Shown here one piece after another: positions 1 through 11,530 of a DNA stretch of 64,000 nucleotides; positions within the stretch are counted from its first letter, which is position 1, and each line of letters begins with the position of its first letter. The stretch lies in sequence record SRR20825006_2737; one strand, written 5' to 3'. The notes beneath the pieces were generated by a model. The model was not told the DNA's origin and did no database searches. It saw nothing but the letters and a program-made list of their open reading frames with translations. The position numbers and the translations under genes were made by a program.

Positions 1-1
1 C

Positions 2-1213
2 CTGGTCGTCATCGCGATCATTGGAGTCCTGGTTGGACTGTTACTGCCCGCCGTGCAAGCGGCCCGAGAGGCTGCACGCCGCATGAGCTGCAGCAACAAT
101 TTCAAACAACTGGGTTTGGCCCTGCACAATTACCATTCTGCCTTCAATCAATTGCCGGTTCAGGGTGGTGGCACCGGGATCGGGTTGCAAAACAACCGTT
201 GGTGGCAAACAGGCAACGATTCCAGCCACGAATGCATGAGTGCATTGGTCGGACTGACATCCTTCTTCGAACAGCAAGGGCTGTGGGAGATGATCGCGAA
301 TCCCAGCACGTTGACCGTCACGGGAGCGGCACCGCCGGCAACCACCGGACTGACCAACCCACCACGCTGGCCCGCGATGGGACCGAACCCGAGAAATTAT
401 GCTCGCAACCCCGGATACATTCCTTGGTCGACGGACATTCCTACACTTCGTTGCCCCAGCGATCCTGGCAAAGGGCTGCCAGCCCTCGGAAGAACCAATT
501 ACGCACTGTGTCTCGGTGACTCACCTGGACAACAGCATCACCAAAGTCGAAACGGCGATCTCACACCCCGTACACAAAACTGGGCAATTGGAAACTACAA
601 CTCGGTTTCGCGAGGCGTTTTCATGATCCGGCGATCGGCCCGGTTCCGCGACATTTTGGATGGCCTTTCCAACACGATCGCGATGGGCGAAATCATCACT
701 GACCTGGGTGATCGAGACAAACGCTCGGCAGCCTCATGGCTTCGTCGAAGCTCCAATGCGGTGAACGACAACCCTTCGTTCTGCGTTGACAATAACGAAG
801 TCGATCCAGAGCGACCACAGTTTTGGTGCAACGGTGGCCCGAACTGCACCGACCCTGTAGTGCTTAGTTCCAACAATCATGAAGCGCGTGGAGCGAACTG
901 GGCAAACTTCCGTGCAATGTGCACTCAAATGTTCACCGTGCGTCCACCCAACGCAGAACTCTGCGTGGGTACATGGATCGACAGCAGTGGCACCCACACT
1001 GCCAGCAGTCGACACCAGGGCGGCGTCCATGTTTTGCTGACCGATGGAGCAGTGAAATTCATGACAGAGTCAGTCGACGCAGGGAATCAGAGTGCCGGAG
1101 CCGTACGACGTGGTCAGTCTGGCCCACGTGCGCCAGGTTCAGCCAGCCCGTACGGACTTTGGGGATCGCTCGGGACCAAAGCTTCTCGCGAAACGATCGA
1201 GACTGAGTTTTAA
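2..1213 (+). CDS. DUF1559 prepilin-type N-terminal cleavage / H-X9-DG domain protein (5' truncated by window edge)
   Basis: Frame from nt 2 reads [45 protein letters not shown]; also contains CPSD, DGLSNT and [14 protein letters not shown] motifs. Confidence 0.92.
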   Translation: MVVIAIIGVLVGLLLPAVQAAREAARRMSCSNNFKQLGLALHNYHSAFNQLPVQGGGTGIGLQNNRWWQTGNDSSHECMSALVGLTSFFEQQGLWEMIANPSTLTVTGAAPPATTGLTNPPRWPAMGPNPRNYARNPGYIPWSTDIPTLRCPSDPGKGLPALGRTNYALCLGDSPGQQHHQSRNGDLTPRTQNWAIGNYNSVSRGVFMIRRSARFRDILDGLSNTIAMGEIITDLGDRDKRSAASWLRRSSNAVNDNPSFCVDNNEVDPERPQFWCNGGPNCTDPVVLSSNNHEARGANWANFRAMCTQMFTVRPPNAELCVGTWIDSSGTHTASSRHQGGVHVLLTDGAVKFMTESVDAGNQSAGAVRRGQSGPRAPGSASPYGLWGSLGTKASRETIETEF

Positions 1214-1366
1214 ACAGATTGGCAGGAACAATTGCGTGTAACCATGTTAGCCGTTTACGCGTTTATCACGGTTGCACATGGGAACCGGGACTGACATCAA
1301 TGGGCTCACATACGCAAATCGCTCTGCACACGTGAAGGAATCCATTCTTCAAAACGACGACAATTG

Positions 1367-1408
1367 AAACGAGCCTTCTCGAGCACTATCGGGGAGGCTC
1401 GTTTTTTT
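1367..1408 (+). terminator. Rho-independent terminator
   Basis: aaacgagccttctc...ggggaggctcgttttttt hairpin with T-run, between convergent genes. Confidence 0.75.
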
Positions 1409-1444
1409 GTGGCTGTTCTGCGACACCTGCTACCAACATTGCAT

Positions 1445-2605
1445 TCAGTCTTCACGAACACGAATCCAGTGATCGTGAAAGCGAAGGCGTTCTGGCATTT
1501 CAAGTGCCGGCATATGGCATTCGATGCAGCCACTGTCTTTCGAGACGCTGCACACCACATGCTCGGCGTTTTGATCATCGTGGCACTGAATGCAAGCACG
1601 AACGTGCTGGTCCTTCGATACTTCTTGTATCGTTTGATGAGGGTTGTGACACGTTGTACATCTCATCTGGCCATCAGATTCTAAGTAGCAGCGACTCCGG
1701 AGCATCCCAACTGGCTGAAAACGGGCCAGAAGATCTGGATACTCTCGCACTTCCATTTCGGAAAGGTTTTTCGGTAATCGATGGCAATCGCCACAAAGCT
1801 GGATTTCTGACTCAACATCCCAATCCTCTCGCCCCACCGAATACTTCGGCGGTGTCGGCGTCTTTCGGGCAAGGCGCACGTGCTCACTGCCAGGACCATG
1901 ACACTTCTCACAATTCACACTTGCAACCAAGTCCTTCACAGTCGCATCAACCACCTCACCCCGAGTGGTATGACAATAGACACATCGCTGAAGAGGTTCA
2001 CCACGTTGCATATCGCCAAATAACTCGAGAGCATTGCTTGGGCTCATTTTTGAGTGCCCAGGGGTGATGCCAACCCTTTGGTTGTGATAGCAGCTGACCC
2101 GATGCTCGATTCCTTCTGTCTGCCCATCCGTCGCGGTTGTCAGCGTCAACATTGTTTGCGCATGTTGCCCGGATCCGAGGGCGTACTGAAGTGGAAACGC
2201 CTGTTGATCAAACTCAGCGGGAAGACGCACCAACAATTCCCGCTGATCATCGGCGAAGTACTCGTAGATCCCGTAACCTTTCCCACCGTCGAACTTGGAG
2301 CCGGCAAAGACGTCGGGCAGTTGTGTTTGCGAAACCTGGTGAAACGTTGATGCATGACCATGTCTGGCATGCAATTCAAAGTTATTTTCGTGGCACTCGC
2401 GGCATACCTCCCGACCCACAAATCCAGACTCCTGACTAGTTTGATCAGAGCGTTTCGAGTCACCGAATTGAGTCAATGAGATCCCGGATGACTGCGAATG
2501 AAACGTTCCGAGATCGGACTCCTCTTTCAGGATTAGCGTCAACGAAGCCAAGACCAGTGCGGCGACGCCCATTCCAATCACTCGGGTGTTCAATTTGCCA
2601 ACCAC
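1445..2605 (-). CDS. Multiheme c-type cytochrome (7 CxxCH) with N-terminal membrane anchor/signal
   Basis: CRECH, CVYCH, CEKCHGPG, CGDCH, CTTCHNPH, CIQCH, CIECHMP; ends FHDHWIRV. Confidence 0.88.
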   Translation of the reverse strand: MVGKLNTRVIGMGVAALVLASLTLILKEESDLGTFHSQSSGISLTQFGDSKRSDQTSQESGFVGREVCRECHENNFELHARHGHASTFHQVSQTQLPDVFAGSKFDGGKGYGIYEYFADDQRELLVRLPAEFDQQAFPLQYALGSGQHAQTMLTLTTATDGQTEGIEHRVSCYHNQRVGITPGHSKMSPSNALELFGDMQRGEPLQRCVYCHTTRGEVVDATVKDLVASVNCEKCHGPGSEHVRLARKTPTPPKYSVGREDWDVESEIQLCGDCHRLPKNLSEMEVREYPDLLARFQPVGMLRSRCYLESDGQMRCTTCHNPHQTIQEVSKDQHVRACIQCHDDQNAEHVVCSVSKDSGCIECHMPALEMPERLRFHDHWIRVRED

Positions 2606-2901
2606 AATTAACTCGAATAGTAGGAACGTCTTTACAAAACCTAGACTCAGCTAGCACACCTCTGGCCAGATTTTAGCATTGATCTCACCATCAGATAGAC
2701 ATTCTCTCATCCAACGTCCAATCAACGTGACTTTCGTCGACACTCACGCATGAAGTGTACAATCGATGCGAAGACGCAATCGATCTGCTTAGTGCAACGA
2801 GACTGACGCGTCTCGTTTTTGCATCGCTCATCGAGGACCACAACCGACGAGCAGGTGCAACGAAGCTGCTGTCAGCTCAAGCAAAACTGTTTCGGAATCC
2901 G

Positions 2902-4320
2902 ATGCTTCGAATAGGACATACAACTGTGCTGAAAAGAGTTGGTTTGACGAAAGCTACTTTCGTTTTTGTAGTCGTGTTCGTCATTGCGGGCTGCAATTCA
3001 GAAAGTCCCCAAACCACCCCAACGCCGAGCACCACAGCGAAGATTGGCAGTCAACAAAACGCGGCGTCTTCCAAAAGCACAGAAGCTACTCAGCGACCGA
3101 ATCCAGCAACGAAGACACCGCTTCCCGAGTCTGTAGCCAAAAAAGAAGAAGCACGCGAGATTGACGTGTTCGCATTGCAAGATGACGCGGCGATTGCATT
3201 GCAGACTGATGATCATGACAAGGCCTATCAACTCGCGCGTCAAGCAATGCGTATTGCACCAAGCGACCCGACCTCTGTCTTCTTGATGGCGCGAGTCTTA
3301 GGTAGACGCAACCGTTTCCCCGAAGCGATACAGATGCTGGACAAGCTGGCATTGACCACACCTGACGCCAGACTTCCCGTATTGGGCCAGACCGCTCAAT
3401 GGATGGTTCAATTCGGAATGTGGAAGGATGCCGAGCAGCGTTTCCGGCTACTTTTGCAGGAAGCTCCTGAAGCAACATTGGTTCACCGCAAATTGGCAGA
3501 ACTACTCGTCCGACAAGGCAGAAGCTCGGAAGCGATGGTGCACCTGCAAGCGCTTTGCAAACTGGGAGATATCGAAGAGATCGAGCTTCGCCACCTACTT
3601 GCTGGTGGCCGACCATTGTACGGCGACGCCATGCTGGACGAACTTTCTCCGATTGGCCATCGCGGTAGAGCCACATTCAGCATCAGCCAAGGCGACTGGC
3701 AACAGGCAAAAACAGAACTTGAGGAAATGGAATCGCTTGCGAGCGATGAGTTAGCAATTCTCGGACGAATCTACATCCAATTGGATGAGGAAGAATCTTT
3801 AAGCGATTGGAACGAAGAGGTCTCGGCCAGCGAGACCTCCGATCCAAAATTGCATTTTTCAAAAGCAGCGATCCTCGCGGGCCAGGCGGATCACTTTGCA
3901 TCCATTCGGCTACTGTGCGAGGCGGTATTGTTCGACCAGACAGACAGCGAGGCTTACCGTTTACTAAGCGACTCATTGCTGGCGATCAATCGACCGAACG
4001 AATCGAAAGAAGCCTCAAAGCGTTTCGAGCTGATTTCTAAAACGAAACGTCTTGGCCGCGAGATGTCTTTGACGGAAGATCGTGACGATGACAAGTTTGC
4101 CAGCCTGATCGAGAGTCTCGATAAGTTGCAACGTCCCTGGGAGTCCCTGCATTGGTGCGGCGTGCGTTTGGCCTATGCAAAAGCAAACAAGTCACTCACC
4201 AACAATGAGCTTGAACGTCTCGCAACCGAGATCAAAGAACGCAGCACCAAACTTCAGAACACGGCTTGGATCCAAGATCGCGAATTTGTGACTTGCGGGA
4301 TCGACCTGAATTCTTTGTAG
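2902..4320 (+). CDS. Tetratricopeptide-repeat protein, probable lipoprotein
   Basis: Hydrophobic stretch ending IAGC (lipobox-like), S/T/P linker, then TPR-like helical repeats; start uncertain (ORF open from 2755). Confidence 0.72.
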   Translation: MLRIGHTTVLKRVGLTKATFVFVVVFVIAGCNSESPQTTPTPSTTAKIGSQQNAASSKSTEATQRPNPATKTPLPESVAKKEEAREIDVFALQDDAAIALQTDDHDKAYQLARQAMRIAPSDPTSVFLMARVLGRRNRFPEAIQMLDKLALTTPDARLPVLGQTAQWMVQFGMWKDAEQRFRLLLQEAPEATLVHRKLAELLVRQGRSSEAMVHLQALCKLGDIEEIELRHLLAGGRPLYGDAMLDELSPIGHRGRATFSISQGDWQQAKTELEEMESLASDELAILGRIYIQLDEEESLSDWNEEVSASETSDPKLHFSKAAILAGQADHFASIRLLCEAVLFDQTDSEAYRLLSDSLLAINRPNESKEASKRFELISKTKRLGREMSLTEDRDDDKFASLIESLDKLQRPWESLHWCGVRLAYAKANKSLTNNELERLATEIKERSTKLQNTAWIQDREFVTCGIDLNSL

Positions 4321-4504
4321 CTCAACGATTAACCAAATGGTCCGCATCGCCGACTGAACCTGCGTCGAAACCTACGACCAACTGATAGACGGTATCTTGC
4401 GATCGGCATGCGAGCAGCAACCGGTATGCAGGCAGCAATCGAAATCAACGACATCTGCCGATTGCGCGAACGCATATGTCTCGCGTCCATCGACGGCAAC
4501 GGTC

Positions 4505-5458
4505 TCAAGAACTCGCGCTTCGGTAGCTGCTCAGTGCTCGGCGAAAAACCCAACGACTGAAGGTGACGCTCATCACGGTTGCGATCAACGCCCATCCGAC
4601 CAGCAGCCACTCTTCGTTGGTCCGTGGGTCAATCGGTTTTGCCAGCAAGCGAGCCGGGACGTTCACAACCACCAAGACGGGCACCACGAAAGTGAAGAAA
4701 CCGTACATGGGCGTGCCCCAACCACGGTTGTAGATCTCCATCGGATAGCGACTGAAGTTGGTGATGTAAAACCAAAAATTGTAGAGCGTTTGATTGCGTC
4801 CCAACCAGATGCTCGTCGCGGACAAGCAGATCATGAGGCTGTACATGATCACAATGCCGCACATGCAAAAGAGCACATAGAGCAGCAAAGAGGTGGCCGA
4901 CGGTATGTGCGGATCAACCTCGCGAGTTGCCAGTTTGGTCAGCGCCACCCCGGCGATCACCAAACCCGCCAAGAAGTTGGCTAGCGACGACCAACTGACG
5001 CGTCGAAACGAGATCAAAAACTGCGTGTCGATGGGTTTGAGCAAGGCAAAGTCTAACCCGCCCGTCCGAATCAACTCACTGAATTCTTCGGCGTTGGGCA
5101 TGAAGAACGCTTGCACAATCGAGTTGATGAACCAGGTCGTGGCCAAAAACAAAAAGAACCGCTCGCGATCCCAACCGGTGTCCGCTCCGATGGATCCGGT
5201 GAACTGAAAGATGATCAGGTAAAAGCCGACGTTCATCAGCGTCCAACCGATGCTGCTCAAGCACTCGATCACGAAGTTCGCCCGAAACGTCATGTCGCGA
5301 ACCAAGCTGTTGCGAGCGAATGCTCCGAAAACACGGACATAGCGCATCCACTCGGATCCGGCCTCTCGTTCCGAAACACTTGCTTCGTTCATCCAGTGGT
5401 CATCCATGGCAGGTCTGTCTTGATTCGAATCGTCAGTTGCTGGCTTGGATTGCATCAT
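4505..5458 (-). CDS. ABC-2 family (DUF990-like) transporter permease
   Basis: IRTGGLDFALLKPID and FSRYPMEIY motifs, ends YRSASS; ATG overlaps the upstream gene's TGA. Confidence 0.85.
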   Translation of the reverse strand: MMQSKPATDDSNQDRPAMDDHWMNEASVSEREAGSEWMRYVRVFGAFARNSLVRDMTFRANFVIECLSSIGWTLMNVGFYLIIFQFTGSIGADTGWDRERFFLFLATTWFINSIVQAFFMPNAEEFSELIRTGGLDFALLKPIDTQFLISFRRVSWSSLANFLAGLVIAGVALTKLATREVDPHIPSATSLLLYVLFCMCGIVIMYSLMICLSATSIWLGRNQTLYNFWFYITNFSRYPMEIYNRGWGTPMYGFFTFVVPVLVVVNVPARLLAKPIDPRTNEEWLLVGWALIATVMSVTFSRWVFRRALSSYRSASS

Positions 5459-6426
5459 CAACCTCCATACCCGCTGTAACGGGCCACACCGCGAGAGTAC
5501 GACCAACGGCAGACAACGATGAAGAACGTCAACCAAGCCGCCTCGATCGCCATCTCCATCGGCAGGTCTTCGTCAGGAATCTTCCCCAGGAACACGGCCG
5601 CGGGGAAATAGGCGAGGTACTTCAGCGGTAACAAATTGACGAACCACTCGATGCTGTCGGGTAACAACGAAATCGGAAACATGTGCCCAGACAGAAAGAA
5701 GCTGAACAACATGTAAAGAAACAGCAGCGACGAGACCTCCAAAAACCAAAAGCCAATCATTCCAATCGCCGCTTCGAGAAAGAAGCCGATTAGAAACCCC
5801 ATCACCAACGATCCGACAAAAGCGGCGAACAAATGCGGTGGCGGAAACCCACCGACAAAGTAGTCGCGGCAAAGAAAGAACACCAAACCAAACGGTGCGA
5901 ACGCGATCGCGTAGTAAGCGACTTTGTGAGCAACTCGGTTGATCAACAAAAAGCTGATCAAGTCGATTGGCTGGATCAAGTAGCGTTTGATTTCGCCTTC
6001 GCGAATCTGCAGAGCGATCCCAGATGCCAAACCCGGCATACTTGAGAATGCCCGTGCCAACATGGTGATCAAGTAGTACGCCACCATGTCGCGGAAGCCG
6101 AAACCGCCAATTTGAACCGCCTCGGTCGCCGAACTGAGCTCTGAATCGTTCACCTCGGATCCGCCGACGGCCGACTCGACCATTTGCTCGGCCGCTTGGC
6201 TGGCGGCGATTGAATCATAGATCGCCCACCACAGAAAAATCTGGGTGACGATTGGCAGGAAACGCATCAACGTCCCGAGAGCGAAGTCGCCGCGATAAAC
6301 CAACCGTTCCGATAGAGCGGTGGTGAAAATCTTTTTCCAAACTCGCACGCGCCTGCCCCACGTCGTAGCGGCGAGGTGATGCGAATCCAGATCTGGGTCG
6401 TCAAACGACGAAGTTGCGGTCGCCAT
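5458..6426 (-). CDS. ABC-2 family (DUF990-like) transporter permease
   Basis: IREGEIKRYLIQP and FLSGHMFP motifs, ends YSGYGG; multiple TM helices; start chosen at MATATSS. Confidence 0.85.
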   Translation of the reverse strand: MATATSSFDDPDLDSHHLAATTWGRRVRVWKKIFTTALSERLVYRGDFALGTLMRFLPIVTQIFLWWAIYDSIAASQAAEQMVESAVGGSEVNDSELSSATEAVQIGGFGFRDMVAYYLITMLARAFSSMPGLASGIALQIREGEIKRYLIQPIDLISFLLINRVAHKVAYYAIAFAPFGLVFFLCRDYFVGGFPPPHLFAAFVGSLVMGFLIGFFLEAAIGMIGFWFLEVSSLLFLYMLFSFFLSGHMFPISLLPDSIEWFVNLLPLKYLAYFPAAVFLGKIPDEDLPMEMAIEAAWLTFFIVVCRWSYSRGVARYSGYGG

Positions 6427-7102
6427 GAAGAATGACAGAAAGGTTTTCGAGGATGGCAAGCGGTCGACGTAGCATCGGGAACCGAACAACGGATCCAATC
6501 GCCGTCCCGAACCAAAGTAGCCGAGAGGAGAGGTTCTTCCGATGCCCCTCGAGCCGAGAGCCACCACGCTGACCGCTCAGTTGTGCTAGCAAATCCGCTG
6601 ATTGCGATCGACGACGGAGGCGTTTTTCGCTGAATCAAACGGCATTTGCGCCCATCTGATTCAAAAGAGGTTCCGCCTCCATTTTTGCATCTGATTGGTA
6701 TTGACGCGTCCGTGAAACCCCAGCAAACTTCTCGCATGCTTGTAACGAAGCGGGCAGCCTGCCATTTGGGGAATTCCACCCACCGCGGCTGACACACTAC
6801 GCTACAGGGATGTAACCGGACCGAAATTTGCCTCGGCACCTCGCTTTCCCAGCCTTTCGCAGGGAACGTCGAAACGCCGGTCGCTCAGGAAGAGTGACGA
6901 TCACTTCGCAGTCGCGAAGCCGGGTTGACCGTTCCACTGACCGCATCCAATTTGGATCGGCAGCCGTTGACAAGCCAGCGAGAGAAATCTTGCTAGACTT
7001 GCCCGCCGCATGTCGTTTCTGGAGTGGATGTCCCCCGCGTTCGTGCTGGTTGAATTTGTCGCCAACGACATCTTGATCCGGCCTTTTGACAGGAGCGTTC
7101 GT

Positions 7103-9220
7103 TTGTCCCCTTCGACGGACTTCGACGTCAAAGAGCGAGTTCGCGCCGCGACCGACATCGTTGATGTCATCGGGCATGATCTGGAATTGCGTCCGCAGGG
7201 CCGTCACTTCGTTGCCCGCTGCCCATTCCACAACGACACGCGTCCGTCGATGACGGTCAACCAAGAACGCCAATCTTGGAAGTGCTGGGTCTGCGACATC
7301 GGCGGGGATATTTTCAGCTTCGTCATGCAACGCGAAGGCGTGGACTTCCCCACCGCACTGCGAAGTCTGGCTGAACGAGCCGGGATCGAAATCCCTGAAT
7401 TCAATCGCGGCCCCAAAACTCAACCGGGAAGCCCCGACGACAAAGCCACCTTGATGAAAGCGGTGGACCTGATCTGCCGAGCCTACTTCGACGAACTGGC
7501 CAGCGGAAAATCCGACGACGCCAAACTGGCCCGCGACTACCTCGCCAGCCGTGGCATCGATGACAGCAATCGCGAACTGTTCAAGATCGGTTTTGCTCCA
7601 GACTCGTGGGACTTCGCCGTCAACCTACTGAAACGAAACAAGTTCTCCGAAGCCGTCGCCCAAGCCGCTGGCGTCGCGATCGGCCGGGATGGAAAATCGG
7701 GTTGCTACGATCGCTTTCGTGGTCGACTGATGTTCCCGATCGACAACGCGCAAGGCCAAGCGATCTCGTTGGGCGGACGAATCATCCCGGCGATCGCCAA
7801 CCGCATCGCGGAAGCCAAAAGCGACGGGCCCAACGGAGGTGCGAAGTACATCAATGGCCCTGAGACCATGTTGTTCCGCAAATCCAACGAGCTTTATGGA
7901 TTGCACCTCGCTCGCGACGCCATGCGAGCGGCCGATGAAGTCCTCGTCATGGAAGGCTACACCGACGTGGTAGCGACTCGCATGGCGGGCATCGACCACA
8001 GCGTTGCGGTGCTCGGAACTGCTCTGACCGCCTCGCACGTTCGCGTGCTGAAACGTTTTGTCAATCGAGTCGTTCTGGTTCTCGATGGCGATGACGCTGG
8101 CAAACGACGCGCAGAAGAAGTCCTCGAATTATTTGTTACCGCCGACGCGGACCTGCGAATCCTGACCCTGCCCGACGGGTTGGACCCGGCTGACTTCCTG
8201 GCCCAACAATCCGCCGCAAATTTGCTGGACATGGCCGGCAAAGCCCCCGATGCGATGGACCACAAGCTGAATCGCTTGACCGAGGGAGTTGACGTGACTC
8301 GCGACACACACCGAGTCACAACCGCGATCGAAACGATGTTGGGCGTGCTAACGAAAACACCCACCAAAAGCGACAAGACCGAACTCAAAATCGACCAACT
8401 GCTGGTTCGCATGAGCCAAACGTTTGGCCTACCAGTCGAACGTCTGCAACGCCGCCTCGAAACGGTTCGCGAAGAAACCGCGGAGCGAGAACGCAAGCAA
8501 GCCCGCTACCGCAAAGCTAACACGAGCGGTGGACATCAAGACTCGGCACAAACCAGTGCACCGGCATCGCAAAAACCAGCCTCACGCCCGCCTTCTTCCG
8601 CGTCGATGGACGACTTCGATCCGTTCGAGCAAGCGGCCATGGAAGACGCTGCCGCGTTTGGCATCGACGAAGGCTTTGATGACTACGCTCCTTCGACGCC
8701 CAGCGACTTTGGTGCCGCGAATCATCCACGGCGAAACTCTCCGAGTGGCCCGACACGACCTCAGCCGCCCGAACAAGGTGCCGCGATCACCGGTGTCGAT
8801 CGCGAACTCTTTGAGATCCTGATCGAGTCACCCGAGGTCGCCGCGATGGCCGTGGAAGCGATCGATCCATCGTGGCTGCACTCCAACACCGCGAAGATGT
8901 TGCTGTCCGCTTATCAAGACCTGGATCTACAAGGCCGCGACCTGGACGTCGACTCCGTGCTTGTCCTGCTCGAGAATGATTTTTTGAAAAATCAAATCAT
9001 CACTTTGCAAGAACGAATCGAGCAACGTGCTGGCCACGTTTTAGACGAGCCACACCTACGATACACCGCGATCTTGACTCGTTTTCGCGAACGCGAATTT
9101 GACGCCGAAAAGACTCGCCAAATCGAAAAATTACAATCAGCATCCTTGCCCGAAGACGAAGAGCTCGCGATGTTAGAACAACTGTTTGCTGCCGAACGAA
9201 TTCGGCAAACGCCCCGCTAG
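7103..9220 (+). CDS. dnaG: DNA primase
   Basis: CHC2 zinc finger CPFH..CWVC, DRFRGRLMFPI, KYINGPET, Toprim EGYTD/DGDDAG, DPAD; AGGAG at 7091 precedes TTG at 7103. Confidence 0.95.
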   Translation: MSPSTDFDVKERVRAATDIVDVIGHDLELRPQGRHFVARCPFHNDTRPSMTVNQERQSWKCWVCDIGGDIFSFVMQREGVDFPTALRSLAERAGIEIPEFNRGPKTQPGSPDDKATLMKAVDLICRAYFDELASGKSDDAKLARDYLASRGIDDSNRELFKIGFAPDSWDFAVNLLKRNKFSEAVAQAAGVAIGRDGKSGCYDRFRGRLMFPIDNAQGQAISLGGRIIPAIANRIAEAKSDGPNGGAKYINGPETMLFRKSNELYGLHLARDAMRAADEVLVMEGYTDVVATRMAGIDHSVAVLGTALTASHVRVLKRFVNRVVLVLDGDDAGKRRAEEVLELFVTADADLRILTLPDGLDPADFLAQQSAANLLDMAGKAPDAMDHKLNRLTEGVDVTRDTHRVTTAIETMLGVLTKTPTKSDKTELKIDQLLVRMSQTFGLPVERLQRRLETVREETAERERKQARYRKANTSGGHQDSAQTSAPASQKPASRPPSSASMDDFDPFEQAAMEDAAAFGIDEGFDDYAPSTPSDFGAANHPRRNSPSGPTRPQPPEQGAAITGVDRELFEILIESPEVAAMAVEAIDPSWLHSNTAKMLLSAYQDLDLQGRDLDVDSVLVLLENDFLKNQIITLQERIEQRAGHVLDEPHLRYTAILTRFREREFDAEKTRQIEKLQSASLPEDEELAMLEQLFAAERIRQTPR

Positions 9221-9430
9221 GACAACCCTTCCAAGGCCACCACTCAAAGGAGCCTCGACACCCGACCCAACTGAAGCGTTCGCGATTCATGATGAATCGC
9301 ATTTGAAAAGATTTCAAACACGACATTCACAGTCATTGTTGAACTGAATCACGTGATTCAGGTTCCCGCAAACACCAACATGACTGACCGTTCCATGAAG
9401 GAACGTGACCCATAACAGGAGGTTTTTCCG

Positions 9431-11134
9431 ATGCAATTGATGGACCAAGATCTTTCGCAACTCATCGCCCGCGGAACCAAGGACGGTTTCCTCACCTACG
9501 ATGAAGTCAACGCATACCTGCCCGATGAAGACGTCAACCCAGAGAAGCTCAACTCGCTTTTGTTGGCCCTGGAAAATCGTGGCATCCAACTGATTGAAGC
9601 CTCGGAAAAGAAGGCTCGCGACGCCGCTGCACGTCGCCCGTCCCCCAACGTTCGCGGACTGCGTTCGGTCGACATGACTGCCGACGAAGAATCACCCGAA
9701 CAAATCTTGGCAAACGAAGCCGCGTCGCAAAGCTTCTCTTCGGCCGACATGCCAAAGGCCAGCGAAGATCCCATTCGCATGTACCTCAGCCAGATGGCCG
9801 AGATCCCATTGCTGTCTCGCGAAGAAGAGATCGCACTGGCAAAGAAGATCGAAATCACTCGCAAGCAATACCGTCGCTCGCTTTTGGAAACCGACTACGC
9901 TTTGCGAGCCACCGTCGACACACTGCAAAAAGTCCACTCGGGCGAACTTCCCTTCGACCGCACAATCAAAGTCTCGCTTACCGAGCGATTGACCAAGGAA
10001 CAAATTTCCCAGCGGATGCCGCACAACCTGCGAACGCTGAATGATTTGATCGCTAAGAACAAAGCCGATTTTGAAATTCTGGTTCGACGCAGTGCATCGC
10101 CACGCTTGAAAGCCGAAGTCCGCAAACAATTTCTTCGTCGTCGTCGCAAATGCCTGGAACTCGTCGAAGAATTGTCGCTGCGAAGCCGCCGCGTCACACC
10201 GTTGCTGCATCAACTCGAAAAAATCTCTGGCCGAATGACTTTCATTCGTGAGCGTTTGGCCGACCTCGGCAACGACGCGATGAGCCGCGACGAAGCTGCT
10301 GATCTGCGTCAAGAACTTCGCGAATTGATGTTGGTCACACAAGAAAGCCCAACCAGCTTGCACAACCGCATGGCCAAAGTTCGCCGCCACTTTGATCAAT
10401 ACGAAGCAACCAAACGCGAACTCAGTGCCGGCAACCTTCGCTTGGTGGTTTCGATCGCGAAAAAGTACCGCAACCGCGGCCTGTCGTTCTTGGATCTGAT
10501 TCAAGAAGGCAACACCGGCTTGATGCGAGCGGTCGACAAATACGAATACCGTCGCGGTTTCAAGTTCAGCACTTACGCAACATGGTGGATTCGTCAGGCG
10601 ATCACTCGTGCCATCGCTGACCAAGCTCGCACAATCCGAATCCCCGTGCACATGATCGACGTTCTCAGCAAACTTCGCCAAGCACAAAAGCGACTCACTC
10701 AAACACTCCGTCGCGAGCCAACCTACGAAGACATTGCCGAAGCGACCGATGTGCCGATCGAAGAAGTTCGCCGAGTGATGGATATCGGACGACACCCCGT
10801 CAGCCTGGACCGTCCCGTCGGCGAAGGCGAAGACAGCAGCTTTGGCGAATTTGTCCAAGACAGCGAAACGGACAACCCGGTCCGTATCGCCGCCAGTGGC
10901 ATGCTGCGAAACAAGATTGACGAACTGCTGAAAACACTGACCTTCCGCGAACGCGAAATCATTCGCTTGCGTTACGGCTTGGTTGATGGATACAGCTACA
11001 CGCTCGAAGAGTGCGGTCGAATCTTCAAGGTCACTCGCGAACGCGTTCGTCAGATCGAAGCCAAAGCGGTTGCGAAGATGCAGAGCCCATCGCGTGCCGA
11101 GCGTTTGTCTTCTTACCTCAAACCCGCCGCTTAA
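9431..11134 (+). CDS. rpoD: Primary RNA polymerase sigma-70 factor
   Basis: Region 1.1, DPIRMYL (1.2), [43 protein letters not shown]; lies downstream of dnaG. Confidence 0.95.
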   Translation: MQLMDQDLSQLIARGTKDGFLTYDEVNAYLPDEDVNPEKLNSLLLALENRGIQLIEASEKKARDAAARRPSPNVRGLRSVDMTADEESPEQILANEAASQSFSSADMPKASEDPIRMYLSQMAEIPLLSREEEIALAKKIEITRKQYRRSLLETDYALRATVDTLQKVHSGELPFDRTIKVSLTERLTKEQISQRMPHNLRTLNDLIAKNKADFEILVRRSASPRLKAEVRKQFLRRRRKCLELVEELSLRSRRVTPLLHQLEKISGRMTFIRERLADLGNDAMSRDEAADLRQELRELMLVTQESPTSLHNRMAKVRRHFDQYEATKRELSAGNLRLVVSIAKKYRNRGLSFLDLIQEGNTGLMRAVDKYEYRRGFKFSTYATWWIRQAITRAIADQARTIRIPVHMIDVLSKLRQAQKRLTQTLRREPTYEDIAEATDVPIEEVRRVMDIGRHPVSLDRPVGEGEDSSFGEFVQDSETDNPVRIAASGMLRNKIDELLKTLTFREREIIRLRYGLVDGYSYTLEECGRIFKVTRERVRQIEAKAVAKMQSPSRAERLSSYLKPAA

Positions 11135-11180
11135 CACTTTCGGCGTGCTCACCCTGAACCGGGTGAATTGAAACACAGAG

Positions 11181-11229
11181 AGCCTTCGGGGAATCGTCTT
11201 ACCCAGACGAATTCCCGAAGGCTTTTTTT
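11181..11229 (+). terminator. Rho-independent terminator after rpoD
   Basis: agccttcggggaatcgtct...agacgaattcccgaaggcttttttt. Confidence 0.85.
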
Positions 11230-11530
11230 GATTGAAACGGCCTGCTGACGTTTCAACCCAGACACCCACATTTCGCGAATTGTGATACAACTCTGCGACG
11301 ACGCCCCCTCCCTGCGGCTCGGGACGATTGGACTGACCCCACGGCGAAATACGTGGCGTAATGTCGCGGAAACCGAAATCTGCAGGTGTTGGTGTGGGTT
11401 TTTAGGACGACTAAGTTTTTAATATTGGCAGGTGACCTTCACTGATCACCGATGCCCGTGGCGATTGCCGCTTGGGCGTTGCCGCATTCGTGTTTGGATG
11501 CTGTTCAACTACGGAAATCTGAGGATAGAA

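Noticed and set aside
6430-7100. Possible ncRNA, rpsU or ABC ATPase upstream of dnaG
   Set aside because: No recognisable motif or convincing ORF.
9692-11290. 532-aa ORF antisense to rpoD
   Set aside because: Shadow frame of a highly biased gene; no motifs.
11230-11530. FNR box expected upstream of ccoN
   Set aside because: No TTGAT-N4-ATCAA match found by eye.
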